From the human T2T-CHM13v2.0 reference genome, Homo sapiens: a stretch of DNA of 64,000 nt. Shown one piece after another: positions 12,743 to 28,339 of the stretch. A program made the translations under genes and the position numbers. The stretch lies in the NCBI RefSeq assembly GCF_009914755.1, contig NC_060929.1. One strand, written 5' to 3'. The stretch's first letter is position 1, and each line of letters opens with the position of its first letter. The notes under the pieces were generated by a model. It was not told the DNA's origin. It saw nothing but the letters and a program-made list of their open reading frames with translations, and searched no databases.

Positions 12743-13100
12743 TTTCCTGGTCAACTTTGTACAGCTGGCAAGAATCCAGGGCAACGTGGTTCCCTCGCTC
12801 ACGGTCCCGGAAATGTCCAGGGAAGCAGGTCTGAGCCTGCTGCTGTTAGTGCATTCAGTCGCCTGCCTCAGTCTCTCTGTAGAGCCTGGGGCTGGGTGCA
12901 GAGGAGGCGAGCGCACTCCTCCGCGGAAGCGTATTAAACGTCACCCCTCCTCTCCCAAGCCCCTGCCAAAGATCACTGACAAGCTCGCATAGCAAATGAA
13001 CAAGGAGGGAAAGCACCGCGCTCGCACGGCTTTGTCCGTGCTACAAAGCAGCCTGTTAAACTATTGGAACTAATGCGCCGCAGCTGCGCGAGTGACTTCT
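12743..13100 (-). promoter_or_regulatory. PDE4D: PDE4D5 5' UTR and proximal promoter (CpG-enriched)
   Basis: Marked local CpG/GC enrichment 12400-13100 against an AT-rich background; TGACGTTT (CRE half-site) at 12943-12936; CGGAAG ETS-like site 12924-12929; CCAAT on minus strand at 13067-13063. Exact TSS cannot be read from sequence. Confidence 0.8.
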
Positions 13101-15082
13101 GCTGCTTATGTACATAAAAAGTCCTGGGGGGAGGGCTTAACCATCAGATGCCTGCTGCTGGGTTGTTTGGCTAGTCTTTCCATTTGCTTATTCCTGAATC
13201 CAAAGGAAAGAAAAACTTTGAACTTGACCTTCCTCTCCCGCAGGGCTATTTATCTCCCTACAGTCCACGTTCATAAAAGAAAAATGCCAATCCTTTGTTT
13301 TTTTCTCTCTTTTTTTTTTAATAAGGGAAGAATAAACAAGCACTAGCTACACAAGGAGAAATACTTCCCTGCTTACTAAACTCAATCTGATGAACCACAT
13401 AAGACAAATCCCATGAGAATGAAATTGACTTTTTCTCCCTCTGTCTCTAGTTAGAACCCAAACAAACAAAAGGTTTCAAAATACTACACATGGAACGCTT
13501 TACAGGTTGCAGTTGTGTTCTACAACCTTATTAATTAGGGCCCTTTCAAAGAACTAACAACACTATTTAGACTCACAAATGATATGTTTTCTCTTTGCAT
13601 TTAAACTAATGCCCCTCCAGAAGGACAGATAGTTTTCATAAGAGTAGTTTCAATTACTATTTGTGATATATACAATTTTATGTATTCAACTATAAGAGGG
13701 TGGAATACATCTAGCTTTTCGTGATTTCCTTTATTGCCTTTTAATGTAAGATTTTTATGTGTGATGAATAGAGCTTCAACAAACTTATTCAGAGAGCTTA
13801 AAAGAAATAATTTTGCAATTGGAAAAAAAGTAAAAATGTTGTAACAAGAAAGTATGAAGTAAAGCCTGTTAAATCTCATTTATGTGGACACTAGAAGTGC
13901 AGACATTAAACAGCATTGGAAAGAAACTCAAACCTTTGCATAGGGAAGTTCCCAGTAGCTTAGTGATGCTACAGACCATGTGGGATTGAAATCAAATCAC
14001 ATCTCTAACGATCTAGGAATATTTTATGTTTCTTAAAAACCCAATAACTTAGGGAGCTACAAAATGCATCCAGAAAAAAAAAAATGGAGACTGGAATGAT
14101 TCTTTTTGTTTCCTATGATTACTATTAGGTCAATTTTAAAAGTTTATTCTGTTTCCCTGCCCCCCTGGTTGCTCCATTTTAAGTTCCAATTCCTTGTCTT
14201 TTAAATGTTTACAGAAAAGTGTACTCTGAGGTTCTATTCACAGAAGGACAGGGTCAACCACTTGGTCCATCTTTCCTGTTAGCATGCCCACAACAATTCA
14301 ATGACACATAAGTGCTATGACTTCATCAAAAAATGTTAGACAAATATTTGAATTTGAAGAATCAGGATATGATTATTCTTATTCTCATAATTTTTACCAA
14401 TATAAAAGTTTTTGTCACTTTACATCATTAAGTGGCAAGGTATGTGTGTGCATGTGTGTGTGTATTGTCTATATATATACTATATTTCTATACAGTGGGC
14501 TGAGGGACTGAACGGCCTTAGAAGTTGTGCAAAACAGGTGTGCAATGCTTGCCCTCAAGGAGCTTGTAACTTAATGGAAAGGATTGGACAATACTTAGAA
14601 AAACATACCAGAACAACTGGAAAATGAAATAGTCAGATGCAGAAAAGTACAATGAAAATGAAATGCGTATATGATGAGAAAACTCTGGGTAAAGTTTAAG
14701 AAGGGAAGGTTCAGAAATTAATGGAAAGAAAGAAAAGAAAGAAGTGCACTTTACGAGTAAAAACTAGAATGAACAAATGCAATTAAAAATGTATTTGTAC
14801 ATGTTTTTAGTTTTGTGCAAAACAAAACAAAACAAACGACAACAAAATTAAAGGCTCAGCAGTCTGTAGACACAAAGCCTGTTCAGGTTCAAAGAAATAA
14901 AAAATTCAGATGATAGGATAAGTGAGAAAAACTAATATGTATTAAACTGAAATGGCAAAAAAAAATATTTTAGAAAAAATCTCTAGTTTCTGAAGACTCA
15001 GTTCCATTCAACAAACATTTATGGGCATTTATTTTTTGCCAGACACTATAATGGGTGCTCTAGGATATTTAAAGATTAGCTT

Positions 15083-15415
<333 letters not shown>

Positions 15416-15615
15416 CTATGTCTCTATATCTGCCCTTGGGGAGCTTATAGCCTAATAGGATAGATGACAAGTGCAAAATGATTGACATGAAAAAGTGCAG
15501 CCCAAGTACCCAGACGAGATCTTGGAGGCTGGAGATATTTAAATGTCTGGCTCTAAGTAGAGAAAAGTGATTCTTAGTGACCAAGTAAAGGAAGAGATTA
15601 TACTAAAAATGATAT

Positions 15616-15818
<203 letters not shown>

Positions 15819-16123
15819 AATGATATGGGCAATAATAGGGAAATTCATTGAATGCAAGGGACTCTGGGTTCTAGTTCTTGCTTTTAGCCACCTTGTAGAA
15901 GAGCTTACAAAGAGTAAACTATTTACATGCTGATCTTCTCACAAATAGTATGCCATGTAGAATGTTCAGAGAGTCTGGGCACTTTGTTAATGATCACAAT
16001 TAAGCTAAATAGTAGATATAACAATATTCTATTCAAAATGCATTGATCATTATGGTTAAACATGGACAAAAGCATTCTGCAGATCTCCCATTGCTTTGGT
16101 GTATGTTAAAGGATTTCAGTGTA

Positions 16124-16170
16124 TTTGGTTGGTGCAAAAGTAATTACAGTTTTTGCCATTAAAAGTAATG
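16124..16170 (-). mobile_element. MADE1 (Hsmar1-derived MITE), one TIR plus spacer
   Basis: TA + TTTGGTTGGTGCAAAAGTAATTACAGTTTTTGCCATTAAAAGTAATG matches the Hsmar1 TIR; second TIR absent. Confidence 0.85.
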
Positions 16171-17139
16171 AAGCAGGATTGAGAGTTTCTTTACAGGTCC
16201 CCATATCCCATTATTATTATTGATTCAATTTCCTAATGCTTACTGTTAACCTCCTAAATCTGCCAAATGATACATGATATGCATACTGCTTTTTAAAAAT
16301 ACAAAATTAATTTTGTTTTGAGAATTCTTGGCCAGTCCTTGAAATAACTTGAAAAAGCCTGCAGTGTTTCAAAGTCATGCTTGAAAATTGCTGCCTTAGG
16401 AAACACAAATTGTAAGATTCTGAAGATAACCAAAGGTGGGTGAGGTTTGGACAGACTGGCAATTTTTTCTTATGTTAAGGCAGAGGGTCAGAGGGTGCTC
16501 TTCCAACAGGAGCACTCCACAGCTTGTGTTTTTCACAAAATCTCTTTAAAATTAGCTGCCAGGAACTTGTCTGAAAAACACTGTACAGTAAGTGACAGCC
16601 AAATAAGGCCTCAGGTTTTAACAAGTGGAAATTTGAAAGTGGGCGAAATGTTTTGATAAAGTCACCCACGCCTAGAACAGCAGATAACATCTCTTAACTT
16701 CATGAAAGTTTTCCTAGATACCTCTTTGTGGATTTTCAAAATTTGTGGGATTTTTTAGATTATTTGGAATCCTTGAAAATGTTTTGTCTCATTAATCATT
16801 TATAGGTGGTAACAAGGAAGATGAGATTTTCACAGGTTCTGACACAAAAAGTGTGCTTTTGTCTAGGTACAAACAAGCAAGGCTAGATTTCCCACAATGG
16901 AAAGAGAGCAATGATGTGGCTAATTCAAAAGGATGGAAGAAATGATTTATACTCAGCTATGGAAAACATTGTATGTTTCTCCAAACTATGTTCTAATTAG
17001 ATAAACAAGGGTTAAAAGGAAATCGCTTTCAAATTGTCCACAGGATATAGGCCATGGAAATGACCTGATAGTGGGAGAGGTTATGTTGTCTACTGGATAA
17101 GAAGGTATGGGTTAATTTTAGAAATGAAAAGTTTATTTT

Positions 17140-17345
17140 GAACCCCAGAAGTACTAGTTACTAGTTGTGTTACTTTACTTTTCAGTGGCTCAGTTCCAGA
17201 TCTGTGAAATAGGACGATAATAATGAGGATGATGATGATAGTAGCTATTGCAAAAGAATGCTACAAGGATTAAATGTGTTAATCCCCATGATATAAGTGT
17301 TTAGGAGAGTGCCTGGTACAGAATAACCACCCAGTAAATAAAAAT
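17140..17345 (+). mobile_element. MIR SINE
   Basis: TTACTAGTTGTGT...CTCAGTTCCAGATCTGTGAAATAGG...AGGATTAAATG...AGTGCCTGGTACA. Confidence 0.75.
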
Positions 17346-17384
17346 CTACCATTATGTGATATGAGGAACTTAGAGAAATTCACA

Positions 17385-17600
17385 CTTAGTAGATATCAAT
17401 TATGTACCAGGAACTTTGCATTTTATTTCCCTTAATCCTTGCAATCATACTTAGGGTGTTGCTTTCGTACTACAATTTTAGAGATGAGGGCATAAGGAGG
17501 TTAAATAACTTGCCAGAGGTCATATAGTTTACCAATGGCATAAATGGGATTTAAATCTGTGTCTATGAGGTGCCAGAGCCTCTATTTTGACTCTACATTA
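17385..17600 (-). mobile_element. MIR SINE
   Basis: TTTTAGAGATGAGG...GAGGTTAAATAACTTGCCAGAGGTCATATAG...GGGATTTAAATC. Confidence 0.75.
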
Positions 17601-18911
17601 TACAAACCCAAAAGGAAAGCAGATCTAGTATTTAAAATTGTTTATGGTTATTTCTATGGAAAACAGTAGACACCTGGGTCCCCTGAGTTCTTGATCTAGT
17701 TAACACTAAATTTTGCCCTTGGCTATTCTCAGCATATACACTGAGTCAACCTGTAAACCTGCCAAGTCATGAAGTTCTTTCTGAGGCATGGTATTGAAGT
17801 AAGGGCAGCTGAAGGTGGAATTCCTGAGATGTTTTTTGTTTTTATGTTTTTTTCTCCTCTATATACCTGTCTTCTTTCAATATGAAGAAATTTTAATTAA
17901 ACTCCATGATAGTTTTCCACTTAGCCAAATAATATATTCTAAAATTATTTTATCTTAAATTTTCATCATGATTATTTTTCATTATAAAGTTTGATGATAA
18001 AGTTATATCATCCCCTTATCTAAAAGCACATCTGAACACTGTAGAACATGGTTTTTCAAATCATCATCATCATTGACCTTTTATTAGGTACTGGGCTAGT
18101 AGGCAGAGATTTCCAAAAAAGTAAAATATCTACTTTAGAAGGGAATATAAATAAAACTCCCAACAAAGAAAATAAATACTAAGAATCAAATTAATAATAG
18201 AAATGATTGGTGCCTTCTGGGTTAAAAGGAGTGACCAATAATTTATCTAGACAGAGAATAACTCAAAAACAAGGCAGGGCTTGAATTAAGTCTTGAAAGA
18301 AGGTACATATGGAGGAATAATGAGAGGTTTGGAGAGATAGGTAGTTTAGGGGAGGTAAGATGCATTGGATTTTTAGACTTTTTACTATGGAAAAATCAGT
18401 AACATTTACGTGGTAGGTGGGTAAACAATATATAAAGAGATTTAAATAAGTTTAACCTGGTTTTAATATGTTCTATAATTTGCAAGAGGAGGATTCTAAA
18501 GATCTTATTTCAATATTTCCTATTCAATATGAATTTGTGTAGAAATGGAAAGAGAGTACAAGACTTAGAAAAGTTTGTTCATTGGCTGTATATAAGCTTG
18601 GAAGTCAATAGAGAAGTCAAAAATTCATCAGATATTTCTTATACATTCCACCCAATTAAACATCAAAAGCCAGTAAACAGTTTTTTTAAGAGTTTCTAGA
18701 TTTCATTGAACAAAACAAATATATGTCTTGATTTACATGACAGCTATATTTTGAGCATATGATGTGCTCTTCTAAGATCAATTCATTTTAATAAAAAGAC
18801 CAAATCTAGTTATATGGGGTTTTTTTCCTAGATTAAAACTAAATGTTAGAGTGATCTCTGCTGAAATAGTAAGTCATTATTTCACTTGAAAGAAACGTTA
18901 ACATTTTATAG

Positions 18912-19314
<403 letters not shown>

Positions 19315-19659
19315 TAGGTAAGAACCTTCCCTTTCCTCCTAATATAGTCATTCTAAAAATTCTAAGGGAAATTACTTCTAATTATTTTGCTAAAAGGAAA
19401 CCCCAGAATGCCCTCTCTAAATATTACTCTGACTTCAAAGAAGAAAATAAGTTTTGATAGCCACTAAATGTTTAACATATTATAATACCCTATATTTCTG
19501 GGTTTTATTTCAGTGAGAGGAATAACCAAACATTTTGTCTGCAACTTGTCAACAACAACAACAACAAAAATCCCATATCTCAATCTGTACTAGATCATCC
19601 CTTAGCCTATTGAATTACTGAGAAAAAAATAACTAGATGTAAGTGCAAAACACTAGTGC

Positions 19660-19810
19660 ACTAAGCATAAGCACTTTGCATTATTACATGTTTTGATCAT
19701 TACAATCATTCTAACAAGGTGGTTACTATTACCCACATTTTAAATCTGAGAAAACTGACATACAAAAAAAAAATTAAATAACTTCCTCGAAGTCATCCAC
19801 ACCAAATGAT
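19660..19810 (-). mobile_element. MIR fragment
   Basis: GGTTACTATTACCCACATTTTAAATCTGAGAAAACTGA...TTAAATAACTTCCTCGAAGTCA. Confidence 0.6.
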
Positions 19811-21729
19811 CTCTAATCCTCAAGGTCATAATCAAAAGATTTTCAAACTCCCCAAAATTGTTCATTGTATTACAAACACCAGACATTTAGTGCACGAAAG
19901 ATCTTGGGTGGACCTTCAGAATCCTTGTGCATAATGAAATTGACAAGAAGAAACAAACGTTTGTTGTCTTTGTCCACATAACAGACATGATAAGGAACAA
20001 AATCCAACAGGTATCCTAAATTCAGAGGAATATAACACAATAGTGATCTATTCAAAACTCAACACCAAGGAACACATTTCCTTATCTTTCTCTTTCATTT
20101 GCTATACCCACCCCTGACCGGCCCCCAAGAAAGGATTTTTTTGGAATCTTTCTCAAATTAGTATAATATAACTGGATAACTTCCCTCTAATCCCCATACA
20201 TAACATCTGTTCCAGTCATTCTGTTTTTTGAATATGGTTTCTATGAGACAGTGTATTTCACTGAACATGTCTATAATTCATAGATTTTAATTATAGTTGG
20301 AAATTTTTTCTAAAGTTAAACATATCTAAACAATGGTTTCTCATAAGGAAATCATATTTTCAGAAATAACATTTTTTCATACCTAACTATAAGGAATCTT
20401 CTGAAACCTAGATTTTTATCTGGGATGCTTTACAAAAGGCATTAGGGAAACCAGAGTTGTATTCCCCATTTTGTAATAAGTTAGCAAAGTCACCTTCAAC
20501 AAGTTCATTAAACTTCTCTGGAACTCACTTTCCCAGTATGAAGTCATATAACTTAACTAAGGTTTAATAACTTAAAAAAAATCTTATCCTAGTGTTGAAT
20601 TGGGAGTTTCATTTGTCATTTAAGGAAAACAAATATCAAGTGCATCCTGAGCCAATATAGTCTCTTCCACTTTCATGCGGTGTTATTATATACCACAAAT
20701 GCTTTTAGAAGAAAAATGAAAAACAAGATATTCAATGTTTAGGAAATTGAAGATGGAAAACAAGAGAGTGCTACAATAAATAGGTGCTTTACTGATGCTT
20801 TTATGGCTCTGAAACTTGGGAAACTTTTTTCCCTAACTAGGTAAAAAATTTGTTCTGATATCTGAGTCACAGCTTGGGAGATGGAGTGGGAGAGCAATGC
20901 CTAAGTTAATTTAATATTTGAAATCAAAGCATTGTTTTACTTCTAAAATAGTGAAACTACACAGATAGGTATATTCACTGTTACATAATAAGTCAAATTT
21001 TCTAAAACATCAGGGCTTAAGTTACCTTTTAGACAATTTCAGAGGAACCTCTCCACTCACATTTCACAAAGCATGTCTCACCGAAGATGAGTTTTGCCTA
21101 ATTTTAATGAATGTTTCACGAAAAAAAAAAAAGCATTTTGTGATTTAAAAAATATATGGAGCTGGGTTGAATACAACTAAATGGGGCTCCTCAGAGTAAG
21201 AGCTCTCCGTCTTTTAATATGTTAATGTGATTTGTGAATGTAGACTCGCCTGGCTCTAAATCCACCTGCATCCTCCAGCATGTCCAGAGATTAATGTTTC
21301 CAGGAACCCTTAACTCGACTTTCCACAAACATCTCCTTGAACATAGCTGATAGATAATGCAAACCTTCCTGATTTTCTGGAGTGCGTTCTTTTTTCTTTT
21401 TGTTGAACTGCAGCCAAACGGAATGCTTCCAGCAGAATGATGACTTAGTTCGGGTACTGGCTGCCCTGGTAACAGCCTCCATTAGAATCAGGTTATTGTT
21501 ATGGTCCTGCTCTCAGGCTAATTTCACCCTCCTCTGCAATTGGTGTATCTCCAAATGTAAAAGACATAACCTTAGCAAAGACTATGAGAGGGATGGGGCC
21601 ATGCCTCTAAATAACAGCTTTGTGGACAGAAGCCTGTTGGGAGACTATGGACAAACTAACAGGACAGAAAAATATTGGACTAGATGGTACTGTTGGTAAG
21701 AAGATGTATAAAGGCAACTGAAGGCCAGA

Positions 21730-21870
21730 CAGGTGCTCTTCAAACATTGATGGACCTACAAATCACCTGGAGACCATGCTAACATAAAGATTCTGATTCA
21801 GTACATCTGGGGTGAGGCTCGAGCTCCTGAATTTCCAAAGCTCCCATGGGATGCTATTGCCTGTCCATAG
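21730..21870. mobile_element. MER5-family hAT-Charlie fossil
   Basis: AATCACCTGGAGA...AGATTCTGATTCAGTACATCTGGGGTGAGGC...AAGCTCCCATGGGATGCT. Confidence 0.7.
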
Positions 21871-23142
21871 ATTGCTCCATATGTATCTTGGCCTTAGATT
21901 ATGTAGGTATTGATGGCTAATGAATACAGCAAAAGAAGGCAATTAACTTGGACACAGGTGATCCTATTTCTTTATATTCAGGCATTTGTGTAATGTTTAA
22001 ATTCACTGCTGATATTATAATAAATCATGCAATTTCTAAAATAACTTATATAACAGTATTACATAACAAAATCATAAACCATTTTTTTCAAAAGCGCATA
22101 TACACTCTAAAAGATTCCATTCTAGAAGCAAACTTTGCTATATTAAATCCACACTTTTTAGATGAGACAAAAAAAAGAAGTTGAAATAAACTCTTTTGCA
22201 GGTGTTGTGAATATCTATGTCTGTTAATAAATTATAAATTAAAAGTAATAATTACATAATTGAAAGGTAAACTTTAAGACTTATAGACTGTTTTCTGAAT
22301 GTAATTTATTTAATTATTCTACAAGCATTTAATAAGACACACCATGTGCTAGGTTCTGTGGGTCCAGTGAAGACATGGTCTTTGTGTATCTGGGGATACA
22401 AGATTCATTCTTTGCTACACTCACAGTCTCCTGGGACTTTCAGTCTAGTCTACTGTGCAGTATGAAACATGCGAAGGACACTTACCATCAAGATTCACTA
22501 CCACACTATTGACCTATTATCTAAAGAATTAAGAAAGTATGCATCCGCCAACTCAATACCTAGCCTTATAGTCAATCTATGGATAACTGTAAAAGCAGGT
22601 ATATGCTTTTCTTTCTGGGGCTTCCCAAGAAGTTATTCTGACCTGGAAGAGCTCAAATGGTTGCTAAATTATGAAAATCAATTTGAATTTCTTTCTGAAA
22701 TTATTATTTTAAGCTGTAGTAAAATACATATGAATATTACACCAATATTATAAAGGCATATATTCTAGTTAGGCTAATAACCACCATTTATATCCTGTAA
22801 TTATATAAACATTGCATAAGCCAACTAGTAATTATTTAATCAATCAGTTATAAGGGAAATCAACCTATGACAAAGAAATCCTCTTGATACACCCCTGGTG
22901 AAAACACTTCAGTCTAAACAGCAGTTGCCTCATGATTCTTGTACTTTAAATGCTGGGAATATAGTAAGTGTTCAATAGACACTAGACACAGGTAGAAAAG
23001 GAAGGAGGAAATGATTTTGCCGTTTGTTTTACTATTTTTTATGCTTTTAGATAGTTAACAGGCTAAAAAGGTAGGGTGTTCAAATCAATTTATACTGATC
23101 TATCTACTAAAATTCTACATTGTTTTAGAAATCCTTTTGCTA

Positions 23143-23485
<343 letters not shown>

Positions 23486-23629
23486 TTAAATTAGCTAGAT
23501 AATATATGATGTATTCTCATTGTAAAAATGTTAAAAGTTCTGCAGAACTCTAAAGTTTCTGTAGCCCTCCATCCCCAAACTCAACCTTCCCCCAGGTAAC
23601 TCTGTTACCAGTTGTGTTTGTTCTTCTAG

Positions 23630-23790
23630 ATCTGCACTCTCCATTACACTGGCCACCATTCAAATGTTGCTATTAGGACGTGAAATGAGGCTCGTAGAAA
23701 TGAGACATGAAATTTTTATTTTTATTTAATTTTATTAATTTAAACTTAAATAGCATCATGTGGCTAGTGGCTACCATAGAGGACAATAAA
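23630..23790 (+). mobile_element. MER3 hAT-Charlie fossil
   Basis: AATTTTTATTTTTATTTAATTTTATTAATTTAAACTTAAATAGCATCATGTGGCTAGTGGCTACCATA matches the MER3 3' half. Confidence 0.8.
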
Positions 23791-23829
23791 TTCTATAGAC
23801 CTCCGTGTGATATCATAAATAATTTTATG

Positions 23830-24240
23830 CCTATAGGATCATATATTACTGTTTTCTGAGGCTTCTTAAAAACATAGTGTTATATTTAATGATCAATCAG
23901 CAATTTATTTTTTCACTCAACAAAGATCTCTTGCTATTTTTAGCTGATGCATAGTATTCAATAGTATGGTTATTTCATATTTCATTTAGCCATTTCCCTA
24001 CTGGAGGGCATTCAGATTTCCACCTTTTGACAATTACAAAGAACATTCTTGCAAAACGCATTGGGAATACATGCCAAGTATTTTTTTTAATAATAGATAC
24101 TTAGAAGTAGGATTAACTGATAAGATATCAGCATTTTTAAATTTTAATAGAAACTGCCAAATTGTTCTCCAAAGTAGATTATTCAATTTACACTCCCACC
24201 AACAGTCTTTGAGATCCCACGTTTTTTCCTCAAACAGCCT
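23830..24240 (-). mobile_element. Old mammalian L1 (L1M) fragment
   Basis: GCATAGTATTC...AACTGCCAAATTGTTCTCCAAAGTAG...AATTTACACTCCCACCAACAG typical of antisense L1 ORF2 end/3' UTR. Confidence 0.75.
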
Positions 24241-24340
24241 TATGTTGTCATCAATTTCCCTGTACTAGTTGTCAATGCCTTTTTTCCCTCGAGAATACCT
24301 TCTATTTCTTAGGCAGAAGAAATTAAGAAGAGCGTCAGTG

Positions 24341-24634
<294 letters not shown>

Positions 24635-25143
24635 TCAATGTTCAATTTTAGCTCTTTAACAATTTTAGTTGACCAAGCATTTCCCAGGAGTCTCTCTAAT
24701 ATGACAATGCCTACACATTATAGAAGGGTTTTGAGAAGGAAAAAGCATTAACTTTCTTTTTCGGTAATTTTCTGGCACTACTCAGTAAAATATGTTTTAA
24801 ATTGCTTTTCCTATAATAAAGATAGATTGTGCTAAGCATGTATTCTTTGTGCCTAGTCCCTCTTTTACACATCAGTGTAGAATTTGTAATGCCTGGTCAG
24901 GACTCTATTGCTAGTTTGTGTAACTTTTTCCTTGAGCAAAATCAATGGTCTATAGATAAGGCCTCAGCTGTAAACTTACTGAATTCTGGCCTGACAGCAG
25001 TGTTGCTGCAGCATCCTTAGATAAGTAGTTTTATGTGAATGAAAGAACAGGAGTATAGTTTTGATTAAGTCATATTTGTCCTGGAGCCTGAGGCGAGCCA
25101 ACCACTCTCTAGGGCTCAGTTTCCTTATCTAAAAGCGATGGTG

Positions 25144-25446
<303 letters not shown>

Positions 25447-25764
25447 GACGGTGATAGAACAGAAGACCACAAAGGTAATCAAACCAAAGTTGTAATTGAA
25501 AAAGGAGTGTAATTCCTACATGATTGGTTTATGTAGGAACTATGTCTTACTTAGTGGTTAAGTAAGACAAAAGTGAAACAATAAAAATGTATGTTGGAAC
25601 AAGGCAATTTCTTTGCTGCATCTGGAAAGTCTAGAAGACTGTTTCCCCCAGATTTTTTGTGCTACTTACAATTTAATGGTTGCAGACATGATGTACAACT
25701 TTAATAACATTTTCTTAATCAGTTTGTAGACAGTCAACACCATTAAACAAAAAATCAATTCCTG

Positions 25765-26042
25765 GGCCGAGCGCAGTGGCTCATGCTTGTAATCCCAGCA
25801 CTTTGGGAGGCCAAGGCAGGTGGATTACGAGGTCAGGAATTCAAAACCAGCCTGGCCAAGATGATGAAACCTCATCTCTACTAAAAATGCAAATATTAGC
25901 CAGGCATGGTGGCGGGCAACTGTAATCCCAGCTACTCAGGAGGCCGAGGCAGAGAATCGCTTGAATCCAGGAGGCGGAGGTTGCAGTGAGCCGAGATCGC
26001 ACCACTGCACTCCAGCCTGGGCGACAGAGCGACACTCCATCT

Positions 26043-26072
<30 letters not shown>
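25765..26072 (+). mobile_element. AluSg-like SINE
   Basis: GGATTACGAGGTCAGGA (lacks CT), about 30-nt poly-A; TSD AAAATCAA(T/C)TCCTG. Confidence 0.95.
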
Positions 26073-26077
<5 letters not shown>

Positions 26078-26079
26078 AC

Positions 26080-26440
26080 TCCTGATTTGTGGCGTATGCT
26101 GATTTCCATTTCCATTGTATAAATACCTGGACTAAAGCTGATTTTAAGCTACCAACGTTATATCAGCCTATGTGGAGTTGGGAATAACATGTCATTTTAT
26201 ACAGTGTTTCCATCATACAGATGCAATAAACAAATGACCTCACAAACAGAAATAACAGAATGTAGTAAAACACTTAGGAAGGGATGAGAGTTTTGAGTAT
26301 GTGTTATGTTTTTCAGATAACTTGAAGTTTACATAATTAAACTTTAGATAATTGATGCATTAACAATTTGCTTAGCAAATTTCTGGACATTTAAAAATAG
26401 GTTCCTGTGAGTCAGTTCAGACCAACTCTAAAATACTGCT
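26080..26440 (-). mobile_element. MER63 (hAT-Blackjack) fossil
   Basis: CTGATTTGTGGCGTATGCTGATTTCC, GATTTTAAGCTACCAACGT, TTAGGAAGGGATGAGAGTTTTGAGTA match the reverse complement of MER63B-like consensus. Confidence 0.7.
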
Positions 26441-27435
26441 GCTTTTTCACCATATAGACATCCTCGAGTCTGAAAAACCTGTTCCTTTGTGATTTTCTAA
26501 GAACTATGTTGTTTTGATTGATTTTTAGAAGTTCTTTATAGTTTCTAGATGTGAGGCCTTTTCAGATACAAGTATTGCTAATATCTTAGGCTTAGTACCC
26601 ACTTTTTAAACGGGAACTTGACAAATCTGGGATTTTAGTGTAGCACGTAAGTGTTCAATACATGTTTGGTTAAATAATTCCCCGTAAAAGATACTGACAT
26701 GGAGAGATTACATGAGCCCCTGGATACTTAAGCCATATATTACTTTTATATGGAACCATTTCAGAGAAGGAAGTCTCTCATTTTGTCTTAATAGCATGTT
26801 TCACTATCTCACAGGCCCATAAATAGCCTACTCCAGTGATTACCACCTTTTCTGGAGTTGCAAGACCAGGAAGATCAGAATCACAGACTTTTGAGATTAT
26901 AAAGGAATTTAAAGTCCTAATGGTCCTGTCCACCTTACTAGTATACATTACATATGATACCCAGCAGCATCCTTTCTGCCAAAGTAATACAGTTTATGCA
27001 TTCATTTAAGAAATAGTAAATGATAAGCAATTTTGCTATAACAACTCATGAGAATTTTATGACTGTATTTGGAGACTTGTGGGAATAAAGACCAGCAATG
27101 AAAGACAAGGAAATGTAAATCCAATTTATGTAATAGAATATGATGACCCAACATCTCCTTTTTGCTCTGTGGGTTTATATTGGCCCCCCTTCACCCATGC
27201 TTTGGACTTTACCATTTCCTTCTCTTCCTCCTCCAACTTCCCTTTGCATCCTGGCCCCTTCCAAACTATGTGAGTATGGATGTGTTAATGTATTACTCCA
27301 TCCAAAGGACTATAACTCATATTACCCAGGAGATTCTAGAAACAATGTCTGAACACATCACAGAAACTAAAATGAGGAGAAGCTCAGGCACTAGCAGAAG
27401 GCCTGGTTTTGGTATTCTTCCATCTACAGCTGTAC

Positions 27436-27620
27436 AGCTGCATTCTTAACCTTGGCTGCATATTAGAATCACCCGGAGAATTTTATAAATTTCAGTGCCT
27501 GGGCCACACCACCCCAGACCAGATAAATAAGAATCTCTCAGGGTGTGACCCAGGCATCAGTTTTTTTGTAAAACTCCTCAAGTTATTCCCATGTGTAGTC
27601 AAGATTTGGAGCCATCCCAG
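27436..27620. mobile_element. MER5-family hAT-Charlie fossil
   Basis: TTCTTAACCTTGGCTGCATATTAGAATCACCCGGAGA...CCCAGGCATCAGTTTTT...AAAACTCC. Confidence 0.8.
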
Positions 27621-27973
27621 GTTGAGGTGTATTGATATAAACCAGCATCCACATCTATAAATTAAGGCCATTTATTTTACACAGTCTTGAATAAAAAATG
27701 AGCATCTGTCTTCCACTACTGTGAGGAAGCACAGTCCCTTAAAGTAATGGTAGGTAATAATTCTTTCCTTCTCTGGGCTACATAATCTTGGCTCTTCTCT
27801 CATGCTTTCACTCTCTTAAACTTCCTTCCTCAGGCTCCTGTACCAATCTTCAATTCACTTGGGATGTCCTAGTCTAAAACATTTATTTCATTTGAAAGGA
27901 AAAATATCAATTTCTATCTAAATTGGAGTAAGATTCCATTCAGATGTGTTTATTTACAAAACATAAGTTGTTA

Positions 27974-28339
<366 letters not shown>

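Noticed and set aside
12743-12916. In-frame 58-codon extension upstream of the PDE4D5 ATG
   Set aside because: Starts at GTG in the ORF track; the recognised protein starts at the strong-Kozak ATG at 12742, so this is treated as 5' UTR.
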